Source: Candidatus Omnitrophota bacterium
GTDB taxonomy: Bacteria > Omnitrophota > Gorgyraeia > Zapsychrales > Fredricksoniimonadaceae
Assembly (NCBI GenBank): GCA_015233675.1
Contig: JADFXH010000001.1
Location: 12,563 to 76,562, forward strand
Reading direction: 5' to 3'
Length of the DNA stretch: 64,000 nt
Shown piece after piece: positions 18,433 through 27,123 of this stretch. The position numbers and the translations under genes are program-made. A model generated the notes under the pieces. It worked only from the letters and a program-made list of their open reading frames with translations. It was not told where the DNA came from and did not search any database. Position 1 is the first letter of the stretch. Every line of letters starts with the position of its first letter.

Positions 18433-18903
18433 TTAACCAATACGTGAATCTTCCTGAGAAACCAGATCCATGACCTCTTTGGCTGTTTTGGTATTCTTAA
18501 GACTATCGCGGAAAAATTTGTCTTTTAATAGGCGAGAAACACGTGCAAGTGCCTTTAAATGCGGACCGGCGGAGTCGGAGGGAGCAATCAAAAGAAAGAA
18601 AATATACGCTGGCTCACCGTCGAGAGAATCAAACTTTACCCCTTTTTTACTGATGGCTAAAGCTGAAATTAATTCAGTAACAGCATCTGACTTGGTATGA
18701 GGAATCGCAATCCCCTGCCCTATCGCAGTCGAACCTAAAGCCTCACGGGCCATTAACCCTTCAACTATTTTATTTTTATGCTTCTTTTCAATAATTCCAC
18801 TATCAACTAACATCGTCACCATCTCAACAATGACGTCCATTTTTGTTTCAGACTTTAAATCAGTACAAACCGCATCTTTATTCAAAAATTCGCTAATTTT
18901 CAT
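18433..18903 (-). CDS. ptsN: PTS EIIA (PtsN / fructose-mannitol family EIIA)
   Basis: 156 aa with GQGIAIPHTK (phosphorylatable His). Confidence 0.8.
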   Translation of the reverse strand: MKISEFLNKDAVCTDLKSETKMDVIVEMVTMLVDSGIIEKKHKNKIVEGLMAREALGSTAIGQGIAIPHTKSDAVTELISALAISKKGVKFDSLDGEPAYIFFLLIAPSDSAGPHLKALARVSRLLKDKFFRDSLKNTKTAKEVMDLVSQEDSRIG

Positions 18904-18923
18904 TGTTTCCTCCGACGATATTA

Positions 18924-18940
18924 TTGGAGCGGCGAATGGG
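18924..18940 (-). repeat. 17-nt duplicate of the tRNA-Gly 3' end
   Basis: ttggagcggcgaatggg is identical to 19043-19059. It lies 103 nt downstream (minus-strand sense) of the intact tRNA-Gly. Confidence 0.85.
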
Positions 18941-19043
18941 ACTCCTTCTCACCCGCCCTCAATTCTTCGGGCTCCTTCGAAGCCGGCCAGCCTCGCTCGA
19001 ACCAGTGGCGCTCGGCTTGGCTTCGAGCCCCTTCTATTAAATT

Positions 19044-19119
19044 TGGAGCGGCGAATGGGGCTCGAACCCATGACATCCACCTTGGCAAGGTGGCATTCTA
19101 CCAACTGAATTACCGCCGC
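19044..19119 (-). tRNA. tRNA-Gly (GCC), CCA encoded
   Basis: Manual cloverleaf: gcggcgg acceptor, anticodon arm ccacc-ttGCCaa-ggtgg, T arm atggg-ttcgagc-cccat. Confidence 0.9.
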
Positions 19120-19176
19120 ATTATTTCACGCCATTATAAAGAACTTTTATTCAAATCCTCTTGCCTTCTTAAAAAA

Positions 19177-19257
19177 TGGGCGGGAGAGGACTTGAACCTC
19201 CACGGGTTACCCCACATGCTCCTAAGGCATGCGCGTCTGCCATTCCGCCACCCGCCC
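19177..19257 (-). tRNA. tRNA-Leu (TAG), long variable arm, no encoded CCA
   Basis: gggcggg acceptor, anticodon arm catgc-ctTAGga-gcatg, variable arm tggggtaacccgtg, T arm ggagg-ttcaagt-cctct. Confidence 0.85.
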
Positions 19258-19298
19258 ATCTTCACTTAAAAGATAAAGCGGTTAATGCTAAAAAATTA

Positions 19299-19375
19299 TG
19301 GTGACCGACCCGCGACTCGAACGCGGTACCCCTACATTAAAAGTGTAGTGCTCTACCAGGGTGAGCTAGTCGGTC
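19299..19375 (-). tRNA. tRNA-Lys (TTT), CCA encoded
   Basis: gaccgac acceptor, anticodon arm ctaca-ctTTTaa-tgtag, T arm ccgcg-ttcgagt-cgcgg. Abuts the frr stop codon. Confidence 0.9.
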
Positions 19376-19936
19376 TTAAACTTCTCGCAACTCTTTGCTT
19401 TTTCGTTCTAGCAGAGCATCTATCTCTTTAATAAAACGGTCCGTCATTTTCTGCACTTCTTCTTCACCTTTAAACTTATCATCCTCACTGACGTGACCTT
19501 CACTTTGCATCTTCTTAATCTTTTCATTGGCGTCGCGGCGGATGGAACGCAAAGTAACACGTCCGCGCTCAGCCATATCCTTACAGACCTTGATGAATTC
19601 TTCCCGGCGTTCAGTGGACAGCGCCGGAAAAACTAAACGTATCACTTTCCCGTCATTTGACGGGGAAATACCAAGCTTAGAATTCATAATTGCTGCTTCA
19701 ATATCCTTAATCACATTGGCATCCCACGGCTGAATCAGAATCTGACGCGGGTCGGGAGATGAAACCGAGGCCAACTGCTTGATAGGGGTAGATGTTTCAT
19801 AATAATTGATGTGCATATCCTCAATTAAAGAGGGTTGCGCGCGGCCGGTACGAACTTCTGAAAACTCGCGCAATACGGTTTCCATGGTCTTCTTCATCTT
19901 GCCTTCTGTTTCTTTTAAAATCTCTTTGGCGGTCAT
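19376..19936 (-). CDS. frr: Ribosome recycling factor
   Basis: 186 aa with a typical RRF sequence (VRTGRAQPSLIE..., LSTERREE). Confidence 0.92.
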   Translation of the reverse strand: MTAKEILKETEGKMKKTMETVLREFSEVRTGRAQPSLIEDMHINYYETSTPIKQLASVSSPDPRQILIQPWDANVIKDIEAAIMNSKLGISPSNDGKVIRLVFPALSTERREEFIKVCKDMAERGRVTLRSIRRDANEKIKKMQSEGHVSEDDKFKGEEEVQKMTDRFIKEIDALLERKSKELREV

Positions 19937-19940
19937 ATCT

Positions 19941-19982
19941 TAACTCCCCCTGCCCCTCTTTTTAAAAAAGAAGGAAGTTTTT
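19941..19982 (-). repeat. Intercistronic CCCCTC stem-loop + SD, copy 3
   Basis: Minus strand reads uccuucuuuuuuaaaaagaggggcaGGGGGAGuuaagauAUG (frr). Confidence 0.7.
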
Positions 19983-20725
19983 TAACGGACAATAGTACCT
20001 ATTTCTTCGCCGTATATAGCCCTTTTGATGTTCCCTTTTTGCAAAAGATCAAACACAATGATAGGCAGGCTATTGTCCATGCACATGCTGATGGCGGTTG
20101 CATCCATCACTTTCAGATTTTTCTTTAAAACGTCTATAAATTTTAAGCTCTTGAATTTCTTAGCATCTTTATTCTTAAGAGGATCTGCCGAATAAACACC
20201 ATCGACTTTGGTTGCTTTCATGATCACGTCACATCCGATCTCAGTCGCACGTAAAGTCGCGGCTGTGTCGGTCGTAAAATAAGGATTGCCTGTCCCCGCC
20301 ACAAAAATAACCACGCGGCGTTTCTCAAGATGACGTATGGCACGACGCAAAATATACGGTTCAGCAACAGCATGCATTTGAATGGCCGTCATGACCCTTG
20401 TCTGCACACCAACCTGCTCCAGCGCGTTTTGTAAAGCCAAACCGTTCATGACAGTGGCAAGCATGCCCATATAATCAGCTACTGAACGGTCCAAACCAAA
20501 GCGTTTAGATTCGATCAAGCCGCGAAAAATATTGCCGCCACCGACAACGATCGCCATTTCAACGCCAGCCTCATGAACTTCTTTAACTTGGCCGGCTAAC
20601 GAGGCGCACATTTCCACATCAATGCCATGCTGCAGGCGACCCAACAAAGCTTCCCCGCTTAATTTCAGCAATACTCTTTTGTATACAGGAGCTTTATTCA
20701 AAAAAATCCCCTCTTCCTTACTCAC
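19982..20725 (-). CDS. pyrH: UMP kinase
   Basis: 247 aa with [12 protein letters not shown] and [10 protein letters not shown]. Confidence 0.92.
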   Translation of the reverse strand: MSKEEGIFLNKAPVYKRVLLKLSGEALLGRLQHGIDVEMCASLAGQVKEVHEAGVEMAIVVGGGNIFRGLIESKRFGLDRSVADYMGMLATVMNGLALQNALEQVGVQTRVMTAIQMHAVAEPYILRRAIRHLEKRRVVIFVAGTGNPYFTTDTAATLRATEIGCDVIMKATKVDGVYSADPLKNKDAKKFKSLKFIDVLKKNLKVMDATAISMCMDNSLPIIVFDLLQKGNIKRAIYGEEIGTIVR

Positions 20726-21245
20726 CGACTTTGTAACGGATAAAACGACCTACCATTATATTCTCACCAATCTTAGCCACTAACTCATTTAACAGATCTT
20801 GAATATTTTTCCCCGGGTCCTTGACATAAGCCTGCGCTAAAAGACAGTTAGCCTTGATATAAGCATCTTTGTCTGCTTCGCGGGCTAATATATCGGCTGG
20901 GACATCTTCTTTTTTAATATATTTTGGATTCATGGCTGCTATGTGTAAAGCCACGTCACGCGTAAATTTGCAAAAGTCTTCATTACGGGCCACAAAATCG
21001 GTTTCGCAATTAACTTCCACCACAACACCAATTTTATTGCCATTATGAATATACGCCTCCACACGCCCTTCTTTGGCCAAGCGATCGCTTTTTTTAGCCG
21101 CCATTTCGAGTCCGCGTTTTCGTAAAAGCTCTTTAGCTTTTTTTAAATCACCGTTAGCTTCTTCAAGTGCTTTTTTACAATCAATAACGCCGCAGGAAGT
21201 TTCTTCCCTAAGACGTTTAATATCATCCGCTGTTGTAACCATCAT
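20718..21245 (-). CDS. tsf: Elongation factor Ts (short form)
   Basis: 175 aa. N-terminal UBA-like [29 protein letters not shown]. Confidence 0.88.
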   Translation of the reverse strand: MMVTTADDIKRLREETSCGVIDCKKALEEANGDLKKAKELLRKRGLEMAAKKSDRLAKEGRVEAYIHNGNKIGVVVEVNCETDFVARNEDFCKFTRDVALHIAAMNPKYIKKEDVPADILAREADKDAYIKANCLLAQAYVKDPGKNIQDLLNELVAKIGENIMVGRFIRYKVGE

Positions 21246-21272
21246 GTTAAAATCTCCTTAATAATTTAGTTT

Positions 21273-21312
21273 CAACTCCCCCTGCCCCTCTTTATAAAAA
21301 AGAGGGGAGAAC
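21273..21312 (-). repeat. Intercistronic CCCCTC stem-loop, copy 4
   Basis: Perfect 9-bp stem cccctcttt/aaagagggg. A second small hairpin atccct...agggat lies at 21315-21345. Confidence 0.7.
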
Positions 21313-21353
21313 ATATCCCTATCTTTAACATAAAGAGGGATTCGTGGAGTTTA

Positions 21354-22091
21354 TTAAGTCGTCACTTCCTGAACTTGAGCTTCCTGCTGCACCTTCTTGC
21401 CTGCCACAAATTCTTTACGCCCTTCAATCACACTATCAACCATCAAACCCGCAATAAACTTAATAGATTTGACCGCATCGTCATTACCAGGAATAGGATA
21501 CTGGATCAGATCAGGATCAGAATTGGTGTCTATGAGGCCAAACACCGGAATGCCCAAACGATTAGCCTCAGCAACAGCAATTTCTTCCTTCTTGGTATCT
21601 ACGATAAAAATACCTTGAGGAACAACTCCCATTTCACGAATACCGCCTAAATCACGGATCAAACGATCTTTTTCTTTCATTAATAAAGAAGCCTCTTTTT
21701 TAGTCAGGCGATTGATGGTGCCGTTTGTTTCCATCTTCTCTATATCAATTAATTTTCGCACAGATTTCTTGACAGTTTCCAAATTGGTTAAAAGACCGCC
21801 CATCCAGCGGTTCATGACATAAAACATTCCACAACGAAGGGCTTCCTCCTCAATAACCTGCTGGGCTTGTTTCTTGGTCCCCACAAAAAGGATCTTACCG
21901 CCTTTGGCCGCGATGTCACGGATGGCATCTCGCGCCGCATTAAGCCGGTCTACTGTTTTTTCAAGGTCAATAATATAAATGCCGCCACGCTCCCCGAAAA
22001 TAAATCTTTTCATTTTGGGGTTCCAGCGACGGCTTTGATGGCCGAAATGCACACCTGCTTCTAATAATTTTTTAATCAACTCTGTTGCCAT
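21354..22091 (-). CDS. rpsB: 30S ribosomal protein S2
   Basis: 245 aa with LLEAGVHFGHQSRRWNPKM. Confidence 0.93.
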   Translation of the reverse strand: MATELIKKLLEAGVHFGHQSRRWNPKMKRFIFGERGGIYIIDLEKTVDRLNAARDAIRDIAAKGGKILFVGTKKQAQQVIEEEALRCGMFYVMNRWMGGLLTNLETVKKSVRKLIDIEKMETNGTINRLTKKEASLLMKEKDRLIRDLGGIREMGVVPQGIFIVDTKKEEIAVAEANRLGIPVFGLIDTNSDPDLIQYPIPGNDDAVKSIKFIAGLMVDSVIEGRKEFVAGKKVQQEAQVQEVTT

Positions 22092-22232
22092 ATTCTTTTA
22101 CTTCCTCTCTTCTCGGTCCCGCCGGCGGATTGAAATAACAACCAGGTCAAAGCGGAACTTTTAGTTTCAACCGGACCTTTGATTTGAGCCTCATGCCCTC
22201 AAAGGCGGCCATTTGGGTTAAATTGAACATTT

Positions 22233-22260
22233 ACTATAACAAAGACTCTAAGATTTGCAA
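22233..22260 (-). promoter_or_regulatory. Candidate promoter of the rpsB-tsf-pyrH-frr operon
   Basis: Minus strand reads TTGCAA-16 nt-TATAGT. It leaves a ~135-nt leader before the rpsB ATG. Confidence 0.5.
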
Positions 22261-22302
22261 TAAATTTTTACGCTGAAAAGATAAAGCCATAAGGGGGCAC
22301 GA

Positions 22303-24105
22303 TCAGCTGCCGAAAGTACGAAATTGTGTTTCATAAAGCCTGCGGTACAGGGGGCAGGAAAACAACAAATCGTCATGTTTGCCTATCCCCGCTATTTTCC
22401 CATGTTCCAACACCACAATTTTATCAGCCTTCATAATGGTAGACAAACGATGGGCAATGGCAATGACAGTACGCCCTTGCATCAGCTTGTCTAGCGCTTC
22501 CTGCACGTATTTTTCCGATTCTGAATCCAACTGGGAAGTTGCTTCGTCCAATATCAGGATTGGCGGATTTTTTAATATAGCCCGTGCTATCGTCAACCGC
22601 TGCTTCTCTCCGCCCGATAGCCTGAAACCGCGGTCTCCAATAATCGTGTCATAACCTTTCGGCATTTTTTCAATAAATTTATCAGCAAAGGCCATTTGAG
22701 CAACCTGCCGGATATGGTCCATCGTTACATCAAATGTGCCATAAGCAATATTATTTTTAACCGAATCATTAAAAAGGATGGCTTCCTGAGTGACAATTCC
22801 TACTTGCCCTCGTAAAGATTTAAAAGAAGCATCCTTGACATCCATCCCATCAAATAAAATTCGGCCACGGGTAACATCATAAAAACGGGGAATTAAATTA
22901 GCCAAGGTGGATTTGCCGGAACCAGTGGGACCGACTACAGCCACCAATTCCCCTTTTTTGATGGACAAATTAATATCCTGCAAAACATTTCCAGCCCCCT
23001 CCTCATAATAAAAACTAACCCCTTCAATTACAATTTTGTCCTTAAATGTTTCCAACTCGGCGGCATCGGATTTCTCCACCACCGTTGGCTTAGTATCCAG
23101 CACTTCATAAATGCGAGTGTTGGCAACCAACGCTTGCTGGATAATCGTTTGCACATTGGCCATGCGTTTGATAGGGCGTATGACCTGAAGAATAGACGCG
23201 AAAAAGAGCATTAAAACACCGCTGGACAGATGGCCTTTCAACACCTCTTTACCTAAAACCCAATAAATAGCAACTCCGCAGAAGGACCCTACAATTTCTG
23301 TAATTGGCCCCATGAGGATTAAATTACGGATGCTTTTCATCCGTAACTTATAATAAAGTTGATTGTGCTGCCTGAATCGCTGAATCTCATATTTTTCCGT
23401 ACCAAAAGCCTTCAAAATACGGACACCGGAAATTGTCTCCATTAAATGAGAATTAATGTCTGCCATTTTTTCCTGCGTATTTTTTGCGATTTTACGTAAT
23501 TTCTTGCTGATTAACATCATCGGCCAGCCGATTAACGGGAACATCACAAACACGACAAGCGTGCCTTTGGTGTTCATCGTAAAAGATATAATTAAAAAAA
23601 CTAATATTAAGACCGGCTGTTTAAACAGATCTGTCACCGCATAAGAAATTGCGTTCTCGATTGTATTGACATCATTAGTAATACGGGAAACTAATTCACC
23701 GACACGTCTACGGCTAAAATAATCCAAAGACAAAGTCTGTATGCGTTCAAAAAGACGAGAGCGCACATCGCGCATCACCGCTTGCGCTATGTCATTCATT
23801 AAATAATCCGAACAAAACAAAACCACCTGCTTAATGCAAAAAACAATCATAAAGCCCAACGGGATCACCCAAAACAAGGTAACGACATCGGTGTTGTTAA
23901 AATGATTGATCAAATTCTCAAGACAGGCGGGTATTTTATTAGGTATGAGGATTTTTTTATTATTAAAAATACGGTCAAACACCAGCGGAATAAAAGACAG
24001 CTGCACCCCTTCAAACAGTGAAGAGAGAATAATAAAAATAATAGCCACAGCAAAACGACCCTGATGGCCTTTAAGGAACCTTAACATTTTAAAATAATTT
24101 TTCAT
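22303..24105 (-). CDS. ABC transporter, fused permease/ATPase (MsbA-like lipid exporter family)
   Basis: 600 aa: six-TM N-domain, Walker A GPTGSGKST, signature LSGGEKQR, Walker B ILILDEATS. Confidence 0.85.
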   Translation of the reverse strand: MKNYFKMLRFLKGHQGRFAVAIIFIILSSLFEGVQLSFIPLVFDRIFNNKKILIPNKIPACLENLINHFNNTDVVTLFWVIPLGFMIVFCIKQVVLFCSDYLMNDIAQAVMRDVRSRLFERIQTLSLDYFSRRRVGELVSRITNDVNTIENAISYAVTDLFKQPVLILVFLIISFTMNTKGTLVVFVMFPLIGWPMMLISKKLRKIAKNTQEKMADINSHLMETISGVRILKAFGTEKYEIQRFRQHNQLYYKLRMKSIRNLILMGPITEIVGSFCGVAIYWVLGKEVLKGHLSSGVLMLFFASILQVIRPIKRMANVQTIIQQALVANTRIYEVLDTKPTVVEKSDAAELETFKDKIVIEGVSFYYEEGAGNVLQDINLSIKKGELVAVVGPTGSGKSTLANLIPRFYDVTRGRILFDGMDVKDASFKSLRGQVGIVTQEAILFNDSVKNNIAYGTFDVTMDHIRQVAQMAFADKFIEKMPKGYDTIIGDRGFRLSGGEKQRLTIARAILKNPPILILDEATSQLDSESEKYVQEALDKLMQGRTVIAIAHRLSTIMKADKIVVLEHGKIAGIGKHDDLLFSCPLYRRLYETQFRTFGS

Positions 24106-24130
24106 ATGGATTTGTAATTTAGCATGGTGT

Positions 24131-24159
24131 TTGACATTTGTCGAGGCCTTTGTTATTGT
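24131..24159 (+). promoter_or_regulatory. Candidate promoter for the oxidoreductase-lpxB pair
   Basis: TTGACA-17 nt-TATTGT, 78 nt upstream of the ATG at 24237. Confidence 0.5.
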
Positions 24160-24236
24160 TTATCTATGAACGTCGTCATCTGAGGATGTATTTTAAGGAA
24201 ACGACACATATCTAGAACTATTGGGAAGGAATTTAG

Positions 24237-25172
24237 ATGAAAAAAATCAATATCGCTTTAATCGGCTGCGGATTCTTGGGCCAACGACATTTAAAAACAC
24301 TTCATGCCCTCAAACATAAAACTAATGTTATTGCCATTTGCGATAATCAATTGGATAACGCTAAATCTTTAGGCCGTCAATACCACCTGCCGGCTGTTTC
24401 TGATTACCGGGATATTTCAGGCCAGATCGACGCGGTCAGTATTTGCACACCGACAGTCACACATGCCGAGATTGCCTCTTATTTTCTTAATAAAGGCATT
24501 CATGCCTTTGTTGAAAAACCCATCACCTATAGCTTAGAAGAAGCTGATGAACTTATCCGCTTAGCCAGCCAAAAAAACCTCAAATTGCAGATCGGCCATG
24601 TGGAACGCTTTAACAGTGCCTTTAGCACCATTGAACCCGTTGCCCAAAATCCTTTGTTTATCGAATGCCACCGGCTTAACTTATTTCCCAACCGTTCACT
24701 GGATATCGGAGTGGTCATGGATTTGATGATCCACGACATTGACATTATTTTAGGTTTAGTGAAATCTCCTTTAAAAGACATCCAAGCCGTAGGCATCAAC
24801 GTATTGACTGATAAAGAAGATATTGCCAACGCCAGACTGACTTTTGCCAACGGCTGTGTATGCAACGTCACCGCCAGCCGTATTTCTCCGGAAGTCACCC
24901 GAAAAATACGGCTGTTCACTAAAAACGCTTATATCTCCCTCGACTATGCCAAACAGGAAGCCAATATGTACACCAAAGACGAGCGCGGCATCCACAAACG
25001 CAGTATCCCCATTGAAAAAGAAGAACCTCTTAAGAAAGAACTTGAACACTTTCTCGATTGTGTCCGCGAAGACCAAAGGCCTAAAGTCTCCGGTGTCGAA
25101 GCGCGAGAAGCCCTGAAAGTGGCTTTGGACATCAACCAAAAAATATGGGAACACCGACAAAACTTATTATGA
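24237..25172 (+). CDS. Gfo/Idh/MocA-family NAD(P)-dependent oxidoreductase
   Basis: 311 aa. N-terminal Rossmann IALIGCGFLGQRH and an EKP motif (FVEKPIT). Confidence 0.8.
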   Translation: MKKINIALIGCGFLGQRHLKTLHALKHKTNVIAICDNQLDNAKSLGRQYHLPAVSDYRDISGQIDAVSICTPTVTHAEIASYFLNKGIHAFVEKPITYSLEEADELIRLASQKNLKLQIGHVERFNSAFSTIEPVAQNPLFIECHRLNLFPNRSLDIGVVMDLMIHDIDIILGLVKSPLKDIQAVGINVLTDKEDIANARLTFANGCVCNVTASRISPEVTRKIRLFTKNAYISLDYAKQEANMYTKDERGIHKRSIPIEKEEPLKKELEHFLDCVREDQRPKVSGVEAREALKVALDINQKIWEHRQNLL

Positions 25173-26323
25173 TCGTCGCGGGTGAGGCTTCAGGCGATAT
25201 GCGTGCCGCGGGCCTCGCCCGTGCTTTAAAAAATCTTGACCCCGCCCTGCGCCTGAGCGGTATCGGCGGCGAGCATATGCGTCAAGCAGGAGTTGAATGC
25301 TTTACAGACATCACTGAGCTTGCGGTGATCGGCATCACCGAGGTTATTAAAAATTTTAGCCGCATCAAAAAAGTATTTGATCAAACTTTAAAACAAATCG
25401 ATTCCAGTCATCCTGATTGTGTCATCCTGGTTGATTATCCCGGATTTAATCTGCGCCTGGCCCGGGAAATAAAAAAACGCGGGCTAAAGATCATTTACTA
25501 TATCTCGCCCCAAGTCTGGGCATGGAGGGAAAAAAGAATATTGAAGATCAAGAAATTAGTTGACCGCATGATCGTTTTATTCCCTTTCGAAAAAGACATT
25601 TATAGCAAATACGGGATGAAGGTTGATTACGTCGGACATCCTTTAGTGGATGAGATCATCGTGGGTTGCAGCCGCGCAGATGTATTAAAAACAATCGGGC
25701 TTCTTTCAAACAAAACCACCATCGGCATTATGCCCGGCTCACGCGCTAAAGAAGTTGAACGCCACCTGCCCTGCATGCTGGAGGCGGCCCAAAAACTCTT
25801 TAAACAAAACCACGAGCGCCAGTTCATATTGCTCAGGGCCCCCACCATCCCTATGAAAATTATTGAACCAATTTTAAACGAGAACCTATATCCCAAATGT
25901 CATTCCCGCGAATGCGGGAACCTTAAACACATCCCAATTAAAATTTACGATGGACCTGCCTATGATGGGATTAATGCGATGGATGCTGTCATCGTAGCAT
26001 CCGGTACCGCTACCTTAGAAACCGCCCTGCTGGAAAAACCCATGGTCATCATCTATAAAACTTCATGGCTTACCTACGCAATAGCAAAGGCTGTCATCAA
26101 AATCCCTTATATCGGTTTAGTCAATATCGTAGCCGGGAAGAAAATAGCAGAAGAATTAATCCAAAATGAAGCCACCGCTGCCAACATTGCCAATGCCGTT
26201 GAAAGAGCACTCAAGAGGCCTCAAATCGTCGATGAGCTTTCCGCAGTTAAAACATCTTTAGGCAAACCCGGTGCCAGTCTTCGCGCGGCGCGGGTTGTTT
26301 TAGAAGAAATTTCTATCTCATGA
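25145..26323 (+). CDS. lpxB: Lipid-A-disaccharide synthase
   Basis: IVAGEASGD, YISPQVWAWR and ASGTATLE motifs. The more likely start is ATG at 25169, forming an ATGA overlap with the upstream stop. Confidence 0.9.
   Translation: MGTPTKLIMIVAGEASGDMRAAGLARALKNLDPALRLSGIGGEHMRQAGVECFTDITELAVIGITEVIKNFSRIKKVFDQTLKQIDSSHPDCVILVDYPGFNLRLAREIKKRGLKIIYYISPQVWAWREKRILKIKKLVDRMIVLFPFEKDIYSKYGMKVDYVGHPLVDEIIVGCSRADVLKTIGLLSNKTTIGIMPGSRAKEVERHLPCMLEAAQKLFKQNHERQFILLRAPTIPMKIIEPILNENLYPKCHSRECGNLKHIPIKIYDGPAYDGINAMDAVIVASGTATLETALLEKPMVIIYKTSWLTYAIAKAVIKIPYIGLVNIVAGKKIAEELIQNEATAANIANAVERALKRPQIVDELSAVKTSLGKPGASLRAARVVLEEISIS
25899..25921. repeat. REP-like hairpin gtcattcccgc-gaat-gcgggaac inside the lpxB reading frame
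   Basis: Same family as 31260-31284, 53218-53242 and 61447-61470. Translated in frame as CHSRECGN. Confidence 0.7.
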
Positions 26324-26327
26324 ATTA

Positions 26328-27116
26328 TCAAAGACCCTGCATCTTAAGATATTCTTCAATATCAGATCCCTGGATAGAATAAAGAGTATCTAGAAAGTTC
26401 AGTTGAAAACTTCCCGGTCCGGCTGAACGTTTGACGGCTATTTCACCGGCGATCCCCATGAGCGCCATAGCGTGTGCTGCCGCACTCAAGGCTTTAGGGT
26501 TCACCGAAATAAATGCACCTGTTATCGCGCTGGCCGTGCAGCCCATACCGGTTACTTTAGACATCATTGGGTGGCCATTCGCAACCCTGACCGTCTTATC
26601 GCCTTCAACGATCAAATCCACCTCTCCACTGACCGAAACAACGCATCCTGCAGTCCTGGAAAGTTCACGGGCCTCATCTAAAACCTCATGGGACGCATGA
26701 CGGCTGTCCACACCCTTTGTACCAGATCCCGCACGCAGTAAAGACCTTACCTCCGAAGCGTTACCGCGAATGACCGTTGGATGGATTTCCTGAATCAACT
26801 TTTGCGCGCAAACGGTACGAAACTGTGTAGCGCCGCATCCGACCGGATCAAAAACAACAGGAATTTTCAATCGATGGGCTTCCTTTCCTGCCTTGATCAT
26901 CGCCTCGACCCATGGAACGCTCAATGTCCCGATATTAATAACCAGCGCACGAGCAAGCCCTGTCATCTCTTCGACTTCTTCAACCGCGTGAGCCATTACA
27001 GGGGAAGCCCCAACAGCCAAAAGCGCGTTTGCCGTAGTGTTCATGACCACATAATTGGTAATATTATGGATAAGCGGCACTTCATTACGGATTCGTTGGA
27101 TATCTTGCCATATCAT
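26328..27116 (-). CDS. thiM: Hydroxyethylthiazole kinase
   Basis: 262 aa with HNITNYVVMNTTANALLAVGASPVMA. Confidence 0.9.
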   Translation of the reverse strand: MIWQDIQRIRNEVPLIHNITNYVVMNTTANALLAVGASPVMAHAVEEVEEMTGLARALVINIGTLSVPWVEAMIKAGKEAHRLKIPVVFDPVGCGATQFRTVCAQKLIQEIHPTVIRGNASEVRSLLRAGSGTKGVDSRHASHEVLDEARELSRTAGCVVSVSGEVDLIVEGDKTVRVANGHPMMSKVTGMGCTASAITGAFISVNPKALSAAAHAMALMGIAGEIAVKRSAGPGSFQLNFLDTLYSIQGSDIEEYLKMQGL

Positions 27117-27123
27117 ATAAAAT

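Noticed and set aside
18905-19375. Integrated prophage or genomic island at the tRNA cluster.
   Set aside because: No integrase, phage or foreign-looking genes flank the tRNAs. The duplicated tRNA-Gly end encloses only 103 nt. At most it is a scar.
26321-26330. Convergent lpxB and thiM stops only 4 nt apart with no terminator.
   Set aside because: Tight convergent ends are common in compact genomes and I see no structure there. I noted it but do not consider it a distinct feature.
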